A stretch of 64,000 nucleotides of DNA, taken from Eledone cirrhosa (taxonomy: Eukaryota). The position numbers and the translations under genes are program-made. Below the pieces are notes generated by a model. That model had not been told where the DNA came from, did no database searches, and saw only the letters and a list, made by a program, of their open reading frames with translations. Position 1 is the first letter of the stretch, and each line of letters begins with the position of its first letter. Below, piece after piece: positions 12,593 through 24,942 of the stretch. Where the stretch lies: positions 384,648,001 to 384,712,000 of the forward strand of contig OZ024740.1 of NCBI GenBank assembly GCA_964016885.1. Reading direction: 5' to 3'.

Positions 12593-14893
12593 GAAAGTTC
12601 TTTTCTCTTCATTGTTTTTAGAAAATTAACCATGGAGAACAATAAATGATGGACAAATAACGTTTAAGTAAGCAACTCTAAACACGGATATAAATTGTGA
12701 AAAAATGTGATAAATCTATGTGGTCTGAGAAAGAGGGTATGTTTTGCAAGATTTTGTGTACCAGTCAAATTTCAGGATTTAGTTAGGGGCAACGCAGCGT
12801 ATGGACTACCTGTGATAAAGGAAATTAAATAGTGCGGTTACAGTGGTAGGTATATAAGTGTCAGTATGTTTGTTCAGTTCGAATATAGCAATAAGTAAGT
12901 ACTAACCATTGAAAAGGTACAGGCAAAAATGGCCGAAAAATCACACCATGATAAACTGGAACCTTATGACCATACACACATTAACTAAACCTCCTTTAAG
13001 GTGACAAATGTTGAAGAAGCATGCGTTTCAGAAACATGGGGTAGCTTATGAGAGTACGCATGTACAAAATCCTACCACTTGTCAAAAGCTAAAAAAGAAG
13101 TGTGATCCTAGGACGGACGTGACCGATATAAATAGGAGTGATTTCGCTCAATGAACAACACTCGAGTTGTCTGATTGGTTAGTTAATACAAATAAATGTA
13201 ATGAAATCTACTGAACACAACTCACTGATGTGTGGTTGGCAAGAGGTCGCCATTTCGCACTTAATTGATGTGCAATTAAACGAGGGAGACAACCAGGTGC
13301 AAAAACTAATCAATCATTCGCACAGTTTAGGCATGAGTGTGAAATAGGACAATCCACATACACCTGGGTTAAATCGCGCTTTCTTGGTTAGCAGTGTGAA
13401 ATGACGCCAAAGTTCAAGGGAAAAAAATTAACTCCCGATTCCGCACTTAATTGTGGTGCAATTACACGGGGGAGACAACTCGGTGCAAAATTAAATTCAA
13501 TCATCCCAAATTTAACTAAACAAACTAAAGTTAAATCAGTGGGATTTAAAAATTCGCTACTCCATTTGTAGGACATGAGTAACCGATGAGTCAACTTTCG
13601 TTTAAATTGACTTTTATTTCCAGAAGTTGAAATGCTTTGCAGCAACCATAATATGAACTTTGAAAGGGGTCCAAAGGGGCTCACTGCTTTCCCCAGGGGG
13701 GTTCCCTTGTAAAATTCAAGTGATAACGAATGTGTGGTGCTTTATCTTATGGCAGGGAATAACCATTTCTTTTAGTTTTTGTAAGAATCAAGTATAAATT
13801 CCCGAGGTTATGGTGCTTTTTTATTGTGGCAGTTTGAAATGTTATAGGTTAATGGATTGTGCTCATTGTCCCTGAGGGGTCGTCTTGCTGAATTGAAATG
13901 GAAGTAAATGTGGCTCACTGTATCTTCATCTGTAGTACATGAATAACAACTAAGTCGAAATTCGTTTAATTGGACTACCAATTATCGAAGCTATGACGCT
14001 TTGCTGCATTACAATAGCCAAATTCAATAAATTACTGCCCCCTGCGGGTCCCCTTGCTTGTTCCGGGTATAGACAGTGTCTTCAACATCATCTTTAGGCA
14101 ATGCTTATCCAATGTGTCCGGTAAAGTAAAATCGAACGTAAACTTCAAAAGTTATCAGGTACTAATACAGTAGTAATGGGAACTTCAATAGATAAGTCGA
14201 AGGGGCTTACTGAGCCCCCCCCCCCCCTGGGGTCCCCTTTATAAGTTCAATTAAAAGTTCATGTGTTCACCTTCCTTTATAAGCCAGAGGTAACCAAAAT
14301 CGAACGTAAACTTCAAAAGTTATCTGTTACTAATACAGGGTTAATCTGAACTTCAATAGATAAGTCGAAGGGGCTTACTGCCCCCACCCCCGGCGTCCCC
14401 ATGATAAGTTCAAGTAAAAGTTCATGTCTTCACCTTCCTTTATAAGCCGTGGGTAACCAATACGTCTCGCTTCGTGAAAACTAAACACCAACTCAAGCAG
14501 TTTGAACGTTTGTTACATTGATGATATCAACTTTAACATTCATCAAGTCGGTTTGATGACCCCAAGGGGTCCCCTAGCTGTATTTCTGCGCAAGTGCATG
14601 CCTGCATATTTAGTTGTAGGCCATAAGCAAAAGAAAGATTAATTTTGGTGAAGATAGGAGGCAAACTTTAGGAATTAAGGAGCCTTTATGCAGTAGTACT
14701 GCTGACTCCAAGCAAGAGGCTTAAGGGGGTTATCTGCACCTGGGCACAATCGATGTTCGGAACAATAAAATAGCCAACGACGCATAATAGGACTTCAGAA
14801 ACCTATGTATGAAATTTGCTGCAAATAGGTTGTAAAATGAAGAAATGCATTCGGTTACACAAACAGACAGACATCTTTTGTTTTATATATATA

Positions 14894-14934
14894 GACTAGC
14901 AGAAAACCACCCGGTGGGTGGTTTTCTGCTAGTC
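14894..14934. repeat. Perfect hairpin built from a Helitron 3' terminus
   Basis: GACTAGCAGAAAACCACCC-GGT-GGGTGGTTTTCTGCTAGTC. Confidence 0.85.
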
Positions 14935-15882
14935 GATATATATTTAACACACAAACACAAACACACACACACATACATATATATATATACACCCATGTTC
15001 ATATTTTGAGATGCATTATTCTAAAATCAGATTATTATCTCTGACATGAAGAACCAGTTTATAATTTTTAAGAAAAATTGAGCATACAGACATATTTTAG
15101 GAAACTTATGAATTCCTGTACACACACACAAACACTTACACAGATACACACAGACACACGCACAGACAGACACACACGCATACAGACACATACGCTAACA
15201 CACACATACCATACACACACTCATACATACGCACATATGCACACACGCTAACACAAACATACACACGCACATACACACTTAAACCTATATATATGTATAT
15301 ATAGAGAGAGACACACATAATATACATATATAATATATATATATAATATATATATATAATATATATATATATATATTATATATATATATATATTATATAT
15401 ATACACACACACACATATAACACACACACATATAACACACACACACATACATACACACACACATATAATACACACACACACACGCATACACACACATATA
15501 ACACACACACACACATGCATACACACACATATAACACACACACATATATATATATATATATTATATGCTCAGCACACGTGAGTTGGTTAAAACACCTAAA
15601 GCCAGTCTTAAAGTTGTCGTCTGTAAATTCAAAGAACTCGGCTGTGTCTGGCTAGATCTCCATGGTAACTACTCCAAGGTCGCGCGTGCCATGGCTGGGA
15701 ACGCAGGTGTCACGTGCTGGCCCAGAACGCTGGTTGTTGGAATCAGTGGTCGACGACATAGCATATATATTATATGTCTGTGGAATAGTATAACCATTTC
15801 TTCGTATTTACTAACATATATATATATTATATATTATATATACATACATTATATATATATTATTAATATATTACATACGTAC

Positions 15883-15914
<32 letters not shown>

Positions 15915-16140
15915 TTTATTAGGAACGATCGACTTTCGTCAAATCGGACCGAGGGAACAATGTTTCCGTTGGTCTTTCCAATTGCTAATACTATCTATCG
16001 GTCGCAACTCCAGGTAGAAGGAGCAACGTGAAATAAAGTGTCTTGGTCAAGGACATAACGCATCGCCTGGTCCAGGAATCGAACTCACAACCTTACGATT
16101 GCGAAACCAATTCTCTAACCACTCAACCACACGCCTTCAC
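15915..16140 (-). mobile_element. tRNA-derived SINE (family S2)
   Basis: Minus strand GGCGTGTGGTTGAGTGGTTAGAG..GAGTTCGATTCC (A/B boxes), followed by TGTCCTTGACCAAGACACTTTA. Confidence 0.75.
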
Positions 16141-16225
16141 ATATATATACATATAATAAAAGTTTAAGCAAAGAATCGATGCTTTCACCCTTAACGGGAT
16201 CTTCTGAAACTAACCAATATATATA

Positions 16226-17299
16226 TCATCATCATCATCATCATCATCAACGTTTAACGTCCGTGTTCCACGCTTGCATGGGTTTGGACGGGGGTAGTCC
16301 CACTTGAGGCAAGAGTGATTGTCTTGCTCGCATAGGACTGTCTGGCAGGTTTTCTACAGTTGGATGCCCTTCCTAACACCAACCACATTTACAGTGTGGG
16401 TCTGGGAGGTTTTTACCGTGTTGCCTACACGGCCACATTACAGCGTGGACTGTGTGTTTTTTTGTCGTGACACCTACACGATCTCATTTGTTTCGGCCTC
16501 GATGGCGCGGCACCAACATAACTTTACATAGAACGGGGTGGTGTGGATCGGGTGGGGGTGGTGGTGGTGGGACGGGGTGTATTTTGTTAGAGATGCCTAC
16601 TGGCTGGAGTAGGTTTTACTATATATTTAGGTAAGGCGGGTCTTCTCTGTTACTGAGTACCGCCAAAGGTCTCGGTCCAGTGACATTGTCTTGGAGAGGT
16701 GTAAGTGTGTGATGTCGGAGTTTATCAGCTCGTCCCAGGTTTTTCTAGGTCTGCCTATTCCGTGACTACCGTCTATCTTTATTGCCCTGCACTTTGTTAT
16801 ACAGCTATCGACTTTCATGCGCATCACGTGTCCATACCAACGTAGCCTTCTCTCGAGTAAACAACATCTGATCCCTCTTATCTCTAATTTTTTCCTTAGT
16901 TCGTTTATGCTTTGCCGTTCACGTATATTACTGTTACACATCCAGCGGAGCATGCAAGCTTCGTTCCTCTCTAGTCTGCGTATATCCTCTGCACACAATG
17001 CCCAGGTCTCACTGCCATGCAGCATTGCTGTTCGTATGCAGGCATCGTACAATCTGCCTTTCATTTTTAGTGAGAACCCTTTAGCAGCTAATAGTGGTAT
17101 AAGCTCTCTGAACTTTTTCCAACCAGTTCTGACTCTAGCTACAGTACTTTCAGAGCACCCTCCCCCACTGCTGATTTTATCGCCCAGGTAACGGAAGCTG
17201 TCCACTATTTCTATAGAACCCTCTGCGCAATTGAAAGAGCTAGTAGTTTGTGGGCACTTGCTGCTACTTATTGCACCAGAGCACCGGCCACATGTAAAA

Positions 17300-17303
<4 letters not shown>
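16226..17303 (-). mobile_element. 5'-truncated RTE-clade LINE with (GAT)n tail
   Basis: ORF 16627-17205 plus 3'UTR ending at (CAT)n on the plus strand (16226-16248). Confidence 0.85.
16627..17205 (-). pseudogene. RTE reverse transcriptase C-terminal fragment
   Basis: FRYLG..MKGRLYDACIRTAMLHGSETW..MLRWM..ERRLRWYGHVMR..GRPRKTW. Confidence 0.9.
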
Positions 17304-17344
<41 letters not shown>

Positions 17345-17415
17345 CTGGTGATTTCTCAAGAATGAAACAGTTCTAGTCTATATATATTTTACACACACAC
17401 AAATGTATATATATT

Positions 17416-17446
<31 letters not shown>

Positions 17447-17600
17447 TATATATTACACACTCAGAAATGTATATATATTTCTTAGAACAAAATTATTATT
17501 AATGCTTTGCTGTTCATAACAATTGGAATTGAAAAATTACTTTTGAAATTATTAGTTATTTTACTAATGCTTAGATATGTAAAAATGAAGCAATGTTTCT

Positions 17601-17790
17601 AATAATTGTTTCTACTTTTGGCACAAGGCCAGCAATTACCCAGTACATTACTGGTACTTTATTTTATCGACCCCATGAGGATGAAAGGTAAAGTTAACCT
17701 CGGCGGTATTTGAACTCAGACCGTAAAGGGACGTAACTCCATGCTATGGAGCATGGTGTCCGACTCTCTACAGTTACTGCCAATCCACCG
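17601..17790 (-). mobile_element. SINE S1
   Basis: Reverse complement of the 7128 SINE. Confidence 0.85.
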
Positions 17791-18215
17791 CCCTATTGTC
17801 TGTACGTAATGAGGGAGTGTGAGGGGAGAGAAAGAAAGGCAGATGTGAAGTGACGAAGTGACTCTCTCCTCCTCCTCCTCCATCTCCCAATTCGTCACTG
17901 CGATAGAAGGGAGGAATGTTAGTGTGTTACAAAGAGAAAGAGTGAGAGTGAGAGAAACAGACAGACTAAAAGAGAGGGATAGCTGGAGAGAGAGAGAGAT
18001 AGCAACCACGCGCGCACGTGTTTCCACTGTCGGACAGACAAACAGAAAAATTGCTGGTTATATATTATAAGGAGATCATTATACTCCAGAAACCTTGTCG
18101 AGTGCTCTGAATCAGTGATTAACATTTATACTTGTTGAATTACCAACAAATTGAATATCCCTTCTGATATATATATATATTATATATATATATTATATAT
18201 ATATATATAAATATA

Positions 18216-18285
<70 letters not shown>

Positions 18286-18287
<2 letters not shown>

Positions 18288-18480
18288 CGAAGGAAATGTG
18301 GTAAGGAACCAGGTGAACCATAACGCACCAAAGTACTCAATACTTAGGGTAGTATAGTGGGTAATAGGAACGAGTAGGACCCCGACATTTTTATCCTGGT
18401 ATATACCAGGATACAAATTTTCTTTTAGTCCAGAATTACCCGTCGAAACGGCTTGAGCTCAGTCGTCGGGGTCCTACTCC

Positions 18481-18484
<4 letters not shown>
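18286..18484. mobile_element. Family A fold-back copy
   Basis: Long-tail arm AACGAAGGAAATGTGG.. followed by sense arm ..GTCGAAACGGCTTGAGCTCAGTCGTCGGGGT. Confidence 0.9.
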
Positions 18485-18544
<60 letters not shown>

Positions 18545-18548
<4 letters not shown>

Positions 18549-19381
18549 TATGTATGTACACGTACATACATATATGTATACAGACGTACAGTAGTATGTA
18601 TATATATACATACATGCACACACATATATATATATATATATGCACGTATCGGTTTACCGTACATTTATTATAATGCTTGGTTTGTTTGTAAACAAAGAGC
18701 CCGAATTACGCCGTACAGTGTTTAGGCAACTACGTCACCTTTTTGTTCAACACTGACACAGGAACGATGTACTAGTTTCAAGCTTATTAGCTATTGTCAG
18801 CATTGTATACCTTCCTGCCAGATGGTTGAACGTCTGAAAGTATATACTTTCCTTATGCATATTAACGGCTGAGCAGCCTAATTTGCATATCGAGTGAGTC
18901 TAGACGGTCAGGCGCACCGAAAACGATAAATGGAATAGAAAGAAACGAAATTTCATTTCTCACTCTTAGTACGGCAGTTACTTAAATGTTTGCATAATGT
19001 GCATAAGGAAAGTATATACTTTCAGACGTTCAACCATCTGGCAGGAAGGTATACGATGCTGACGATAGCTAATAAGCTTGAAACTAGTACATCGTTCCTG
19101 TGTCAGTGTTGAACAAAAAGGTGACGTGGTTGCCTAAACACTGTACGGCGTAATTCGGGCTGTTTTGTGTGTTTACAAACAAACCGACCATTATAATAAA
19201 TGTTCGGTAAACCGATACGTGCATATATATATATATGTGTGTGCATGTATGTATTTAAATACATACTACTGTACGTCTGTATACATATATGTATGTACCT
19301 GTACATACATACATACTTACATTTATGTAACTGCCGTACTAAGAGTGAGAAATGAAATTTCATTTCATTCTATTCCATTTA
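18545..19381. mobile_element. Retrozyme-like family C, fold-back insertion (one full unit -, partial unit +)
   Basis: 18545-18990 antisense and ~19000-19381 sense; HHR in both arms; flanked by (TA)n. Confidence 0.9.
19053..19095 (+). ncRNA. Canonical type-I minimal hammerhead ribozyme, family C (other copies 18764-18806 -, ~28990-29032 -, 49191-49233 +)
   Basis: ACGATG-CTGACGA-T-AGCT-aata-AGCT-T-GAAA-CTAG-TA-CATCGT: 6-bp stem I, palindromic ACTAGT stem III, GUA site. Confidence 0.9.
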
Positions 19382-22300
19382 TATATATATATATTATATA
19401 TCATATGTGTGTGTGTGTATGAATATATGTATGTATGCATATGTTTGTGTGTGAGTGTGTTTCTGAATTTATATAGACGGAAAGTGAAAATTTGGCGGAG
19501 ATATGTGAAGAGATAGGAAAGGATTGGTATCACTGAATATATCATGATATTTAACCATATTACTGATGGTATTCTGAAACATTAATGATTAGTCTTTAAA
19601 TCTTCAGTTTAAAAATTTCGATGAAATGGCTACTACTAATAACGTCTTGGAAAAACATTACACACAAAGGGAAGCAAATTGAAGCCTAATCTTTCTCTAT
19701 TAATTAAAGTAGACAAAGAATGTCGAAACAAAGGAATAAAATAAAACGAAAAAAATAATTAATAAATGTTTCAACATTGAGATTATACAAGTATAATTTT
19801 ATGTAAAGTTGCAGCCGACCAGACGGCTTAGTTGATGGAATAACTTTAGATATAATTAACTATTTGAAAGAAATTTAAACTTATTCTATTAAAAACTAAT
19901 CAAAGAAATTAGAACTAAAGAAACAACGAAACTTCGGGTTGTGATTGTGAGAGTCGTTAACTACTAACATACAAACATCATTATCATCATTTTCATCATT
20001 TTGCTTACGGTTTCCATACTGACATACTTTCCTTCGCGGAGGAATTCTCGTTGAAATCTTTCAATTCTACTTGATTCGAAAGTAGATGAGTGCCGGAAAC
20101 TTTCGGAATTCCAGAAACAGTTATTAACGGTAGATAAGAGTGACAAATGTAGCGTAGCTGGATGGTTCAACGTTTAAGTTTCGACTGTAAACTGACAGAT
20201 GAGCGAAGACAATTAGTTTTCTTGGCAATATGTGTTTTGATGTGTGCTTAGGTTTTCCTTTTGTTGCTTCGCTCATTTACCTGAAAACACAACCATCATA
20301 ATTCTGTCTATAGACCATTGTCACTCGACAATAAAACCTCAAACTCTAATGATCGATTGCATACACAATGCAAAATATCACTCTTCCCTGTTGCGTATAT
20401 TCAACATAACAAACGAAGTACTAAAACATCACATAACAAACAAATTGATATATTATACAGACGCTAACTCTACCTTCCAACAAATAATGCTACACATACC
20501 TCAGTAATAGAGGGGTATAGCTGTACTGTTGTACCTATAGTTTATAACTGGTGTATTATAGAATTGGTTTCATTTATTTATATTAATCTACGTTTTAATT
20601 TACTCTGTTCTACGTGTCTCCGTCATTTTCATGGCATTAGTTATTTTTTTTAAATATGAGTAACTGCATGGATGATTCTGATCTAATTCTCTGAGTTAGT
20701 TGTGCGTTATATTTAATCTGTGAATTCTGCTAGTAAGCATAACGTATCCACTCGTTTGCTACACACCCGGACGTGCGCGTACGATCAGGCATAGTTCACG
20801 GATTTTGAGAAAAATTAAGAAGAATATACGAATTTAATTATTAATTCTTAGATAGTATACTCTTTAATACATTAAACAACTTGGAAAGAATTGGCTTATG
20901 CAGAAAGCGTTTGAAAACAATTATAATGTTGGATGCTTTTTATGTTGTTCGATTCTGTATATCGTTTACACGTGGAATAATGTTAACCTCTCTGCCGTTG
21001 TCTCTATCTTTCAAAAATAGCTCTCTTCGACAGATGTGCGCTCATTTGAAACATCCGGCATATTGTGCGCATAAATGATTTTTTCATTTTTATTGTTTTA
21101 TATTTTAACGTTTTCATGTCTATCGATTTGCAAGACACACATGATCCAGCCTTGAGTTGTTTATTTACTTCCTTTAAATAATTGTATTGCAGTTTTGTTT
21201 TTTTTGAAGTATAAGGTTGCTTTTTTATCTTCTCATTGTCCTGTATAGATATAGCAATTTTCCATTTTGGCATGGCTTGTGCATCTATCTTCTTAGTATT
21301 CAGGCATCTTTATTTATATGGCGTGACTCCAGTATGTGAAAGTGTAGCATATTGTGAAATGTTTTCCGATTATCAATCAGAGCCTCGTTAAGATTTATTT
21401 TCCGATTTTACTATCTTCCTATAATAGCCCGATTCACCGGAGCACATGTTTACAGCCACACATTCTATTCTGTAACCGTTTCGGATCCTCTATCAATGTA
21501 TTTGCTCTTGTGAGTAAGCAACATGTGGTAGGTTATGAATGTAAAGGCTTTATATTTTGTTGGTAAGAAGGTTATAGATAGATCTGTACTTTTAAATGTC
21601 TCTGGTCTTTGGAATTTGGAGAATTAATGTTGTTTTCCACTCTAGTAGCCATTGAATTGATTCCGGTCTACTTACCAGTACATTAAGTAATGCAAAGTAG
21701 CAAATTAAATACCTAATTATTCAATTTCATTCCCCTACATATCTAGATTAAATTAACTTTGGAATCGATAAATAAATTCCAGTCTCAGCTTGTAGTCAAT
21801 TCAATCTGCTACACACCATCCCCCAAAATGTATGACCTTCAAACAAATGAAAAACCATTACAACAGTAGCATTTCACTACATTGACATAGTTGATTTTCT
21901 TTGGAAAATATCCAAATCCATCTTCGATCCATACCTACAGCCTTATGTCTCTGTTGGAAATAAATATTTTAGGTTGAGCACTATTAATCCAAGAAAATTA
22001 GTTACTATTGACGTTGCCAAGAAATAGAAAGAGATTTAATATCTCCCCTAAGAAGCATATTATCAATAAACTTATATCCCTAGCGAAAAATTTTAATAAT
22101 TTCACATGTTCTTCTAGTTTATTCCCTTTACTCGTTCTCATTCCAAATAAATAGCGAAGGTTCATAAGACACGTCAACCTACGCCTATATGTTCTGCATC
22201 ACACACTTGATGTCTTTCGTTTTTTCAGAATTTTCCTTGAGTTTTTTAGAATTTCACTGGAGTTTTGTTATATCTTCTTAGCTAAACTAGGCCTCTCTAT

Positions 22301-23432
22301 CATGTCTTAGTCGAAACCAATTAATAGCTCACTTCTCTTCAGGGGTTCCGTTATGCCTTTCATACATTTCTGTACATATATGATTTTCAAAACATTAAAT
22401 CACTTCTCACTCTCCCGTCTATCAACATACGCTTGCATAAGTGATAGATTCGTTCGCTTCTTAACATCCATATACAGTCGTTATATACTGATTGTTTTAA
22501 CAAGCTTCATCAAACCTGTACTGTCTCCACGACCTCAACAACATGCAGTAAAGTGGACAAAAACGCATGAATATATCAGGAAAACAGTCTTATACCATAC
22601 CAGACCTAAAAATTAACAACATACAATTAATGACCTCAAATGTACTATAAACATTGACTCACAAACTATCATGAAACCGTATGCTGTTCTCATATATATG
22701 ACATTACGAAATTTTAATCTAGAAGATACTTCAGCGAAGATTACTTACTGACACATAGCTCAAGAAAATCTCGTATTAAAGTTCAGCTCATATACCTAAG
22801 AAATGATAATGCTCAAATGATAAGCATTCTAAAGAATGATAAGCATTCTAAACCACATTAAAACGTTTGTATCTTATTGACTAGTAGAATGTCTCTCAGC
22901 TGCCCTCTATAGTTAGTGGCTCTCAGATGCAATGTGTTTCTGATGTATGTCTTCTTCCATCACTATATTAATTCCCGTCCCTCTGAAGTAGCTACAATTG
23001 TATCTCCACCCACTGATATGTATTCACTACACTGTCCCTGTTGTTACCACTAATATATCTCAGAGTACGTATTTAATACTAAACCCTTGACACAAGTTCA
23101 ATCCCCATATGTCATTTTATACTTCCTTATAATAATGCTTCAAACCGAAAGAAACGTCATCACGTCATTTCCACTATACGAGCAAAAGAACAATTTTCGT
23201 GTGAATGGTGCATGGTTTTATTGAATTAACCTCAAAGTTATATGTACTTATTTCATTGGATGTGGAGGAAAGGAATGACAAGGTGAACCTAGTAGGGTAC
23301 GAATTCGGGTAGAAACAATATATCATATATGTATATTCAGCATGTTATCAAGATTATTTCACTATATAAAAGAACAATATATTCAAAAGATATGGTATTT
23401 ATACACACACACACACACATATATATATATAC

Positions 23433-24323
23433 ACATTTTAGTACAGCATTAACGAAGCTTTAGGCTGTGGCTAAGCTAACGAATGCTAATTCGGAATGTA
23501 GCTTTAGCACTCGATAGAGAATAATACCCCAGAGTAATAACAATACGTTTAGACACCTTTGCAAATCAAATATAGCGATCGGCAGTGCAGCCGCATTGCC
23601 ATAGCAACGAATTCCGAATTTGCATTCGTTAGCTTAGCCGCAGCCTAAAGCTTCGTTAATGCTGTACTAAAATTTGTATTTTAACTCCTAGAGTTAACGA
23701 TTAACTGATTAATTTAATTAGACAATTCTATTGATTGACTAATTGTTTATGTTTGTTTGATAACTTCTGGTTGAGTGCTTAATTCGGTTTGTCTAAGGAA
23801 ATTTCATTCCTTTGTCTCAAATTTCGAATTCACCGACAAAACGGGGGTTACCTCCCTTGGAGAAAACCACGTGTCTATAGCGAAATTTACTGCTAGAACA
23901 CACCAGCTGAGGCTAAAGAACGCAAGACTTGTTGAAGAAGTAAATCCTTTGTTCTGTCGTTAAAGACCATTAACTTGCAGACCCCTGCAAGCGGAATTAG
24001 TCGATCTCGGATTTACAGAAACCTAGCGTGGATGTTGTGTGTTGTATGTGATGTATATCGTATGCTATACGATATGCATTATATATTGCATTCGGTCTCC
24101 GCGCAATGGTCCAGGTCAGTCTTAAATCTTTTCCTGAGTCCAACCATTTTCGTTGCTATGGCAATGCGGCTGGACTGCCGATCGCTATATTTGATTTGCA
24201 AAGGTGTCTAAACGTATTGATATTACTCTGGGGTATTATTCTCTATCGAGTGCTAAAGCTACATTCCGAATTTGCATTCGTTATCTTAGCCGCAGCCTAA
24301 AGCTTCGTTAATGCTGTACTAAA

Positions 24324-24330
<7 letters not shown>
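23433..24330. mobile_element. Retrozyme/PLE-like family J: ~652-nt unit with terminal redundancy plus inverted arm
   Basis: ATTCCGAATTTGCATTCG..GTACTAAAAT occurs at 23611 and 24263. 23433-23610 is the reverse complement of ~24150-24327. HHR-like TTGAAGA-A-GTAAATCC...GGATTTAC-A-GAAA at ~23932-24021. Confidence 0.8.
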
Positions 24331-24360
<30 letters not shown>

Positions 24361-24361
<1 letters not shown>

Positions 24362-24558
24362 GTAAAGATTCACGATCCCGGTGGCTGAGCTCCGGCCGTT
24401 TCGACAGCTAGATCCGAGTTCAGATCTAGCTGTCGAAACGGCCAGAGCTCAGCCATTGGGGTCCTGAATATTTTCATATTACCCATTCTACTACCCCAAG
24501 TATCGAGTACTCTGGTGGGTTATTGTCCTCCTAGTATTTTACCACACCCTATCTGATA
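24361..24558. mobile_element. Family A (subfamily A2) fold-back copy
   Basis: GGCTGAGCTCCGGCCGTTTCGACAGCTAGATC / GATCTAGCTGTCGAAACGGCCAGAGCTCAGCC plus tail. Confidence 0.85.
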
Positions 24559-24572
24559 TATATATATATATA

Positions 24573-24660
24573 TAATTGTTTCTACTTTTGGCACAAGGCC
24601 AGCAATTATTCCAGTGTATTACTGGTACTTTATTTTATCGACCCCGTAAGGCTGAAAGGC
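24573..24660 (-). mobile_element. SINE S1, 3' part
   Basis: Matches the 3' half of the 7128 SINE. Confidence 0.8.
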
Positions 24661-24942
24661 CTGGAAAGTAATCATCGGGTATGACCGATGTACCTTCGAT
24701 GGTTTTTCACTCAATGCGTTAATTAAGCTAGTATCATTAAGATACTAACATAAAGAAATACGTTAAATTGTGAGAAAAACAATTTCATGTGGGTACAGAA
24801 TTTCGTTCTCTGGACCCGGACTAATGCATTAATTTCTGCTACCTTCTCTGCTGGTGACAGACATATGGAACTGGTGCGCATAGAAATTAAGTAATGCTAT
24901 ATAAGCATTACGAAATCAGCTACATTTATATATATATATATA

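Larger units (their letters stand above)
10887..14895 (-). mobile_element. Internally deleted Helitron, ~4.0 kb, both termini present
   Basis: On the minus strand it starts TCTATATATATAAAA (14895) and ends CCGGACAATGCCGGG hairpin-TACCTCTG-CTAG (10887). RepHel fragments lie inside. Confidence 0.9.

Noticed and set aside
16060-16140. tRNA-like sequence
   Set aside because: It continues into a SINE body and I could not fold a complete cloverleaf; treated as a SINE head.
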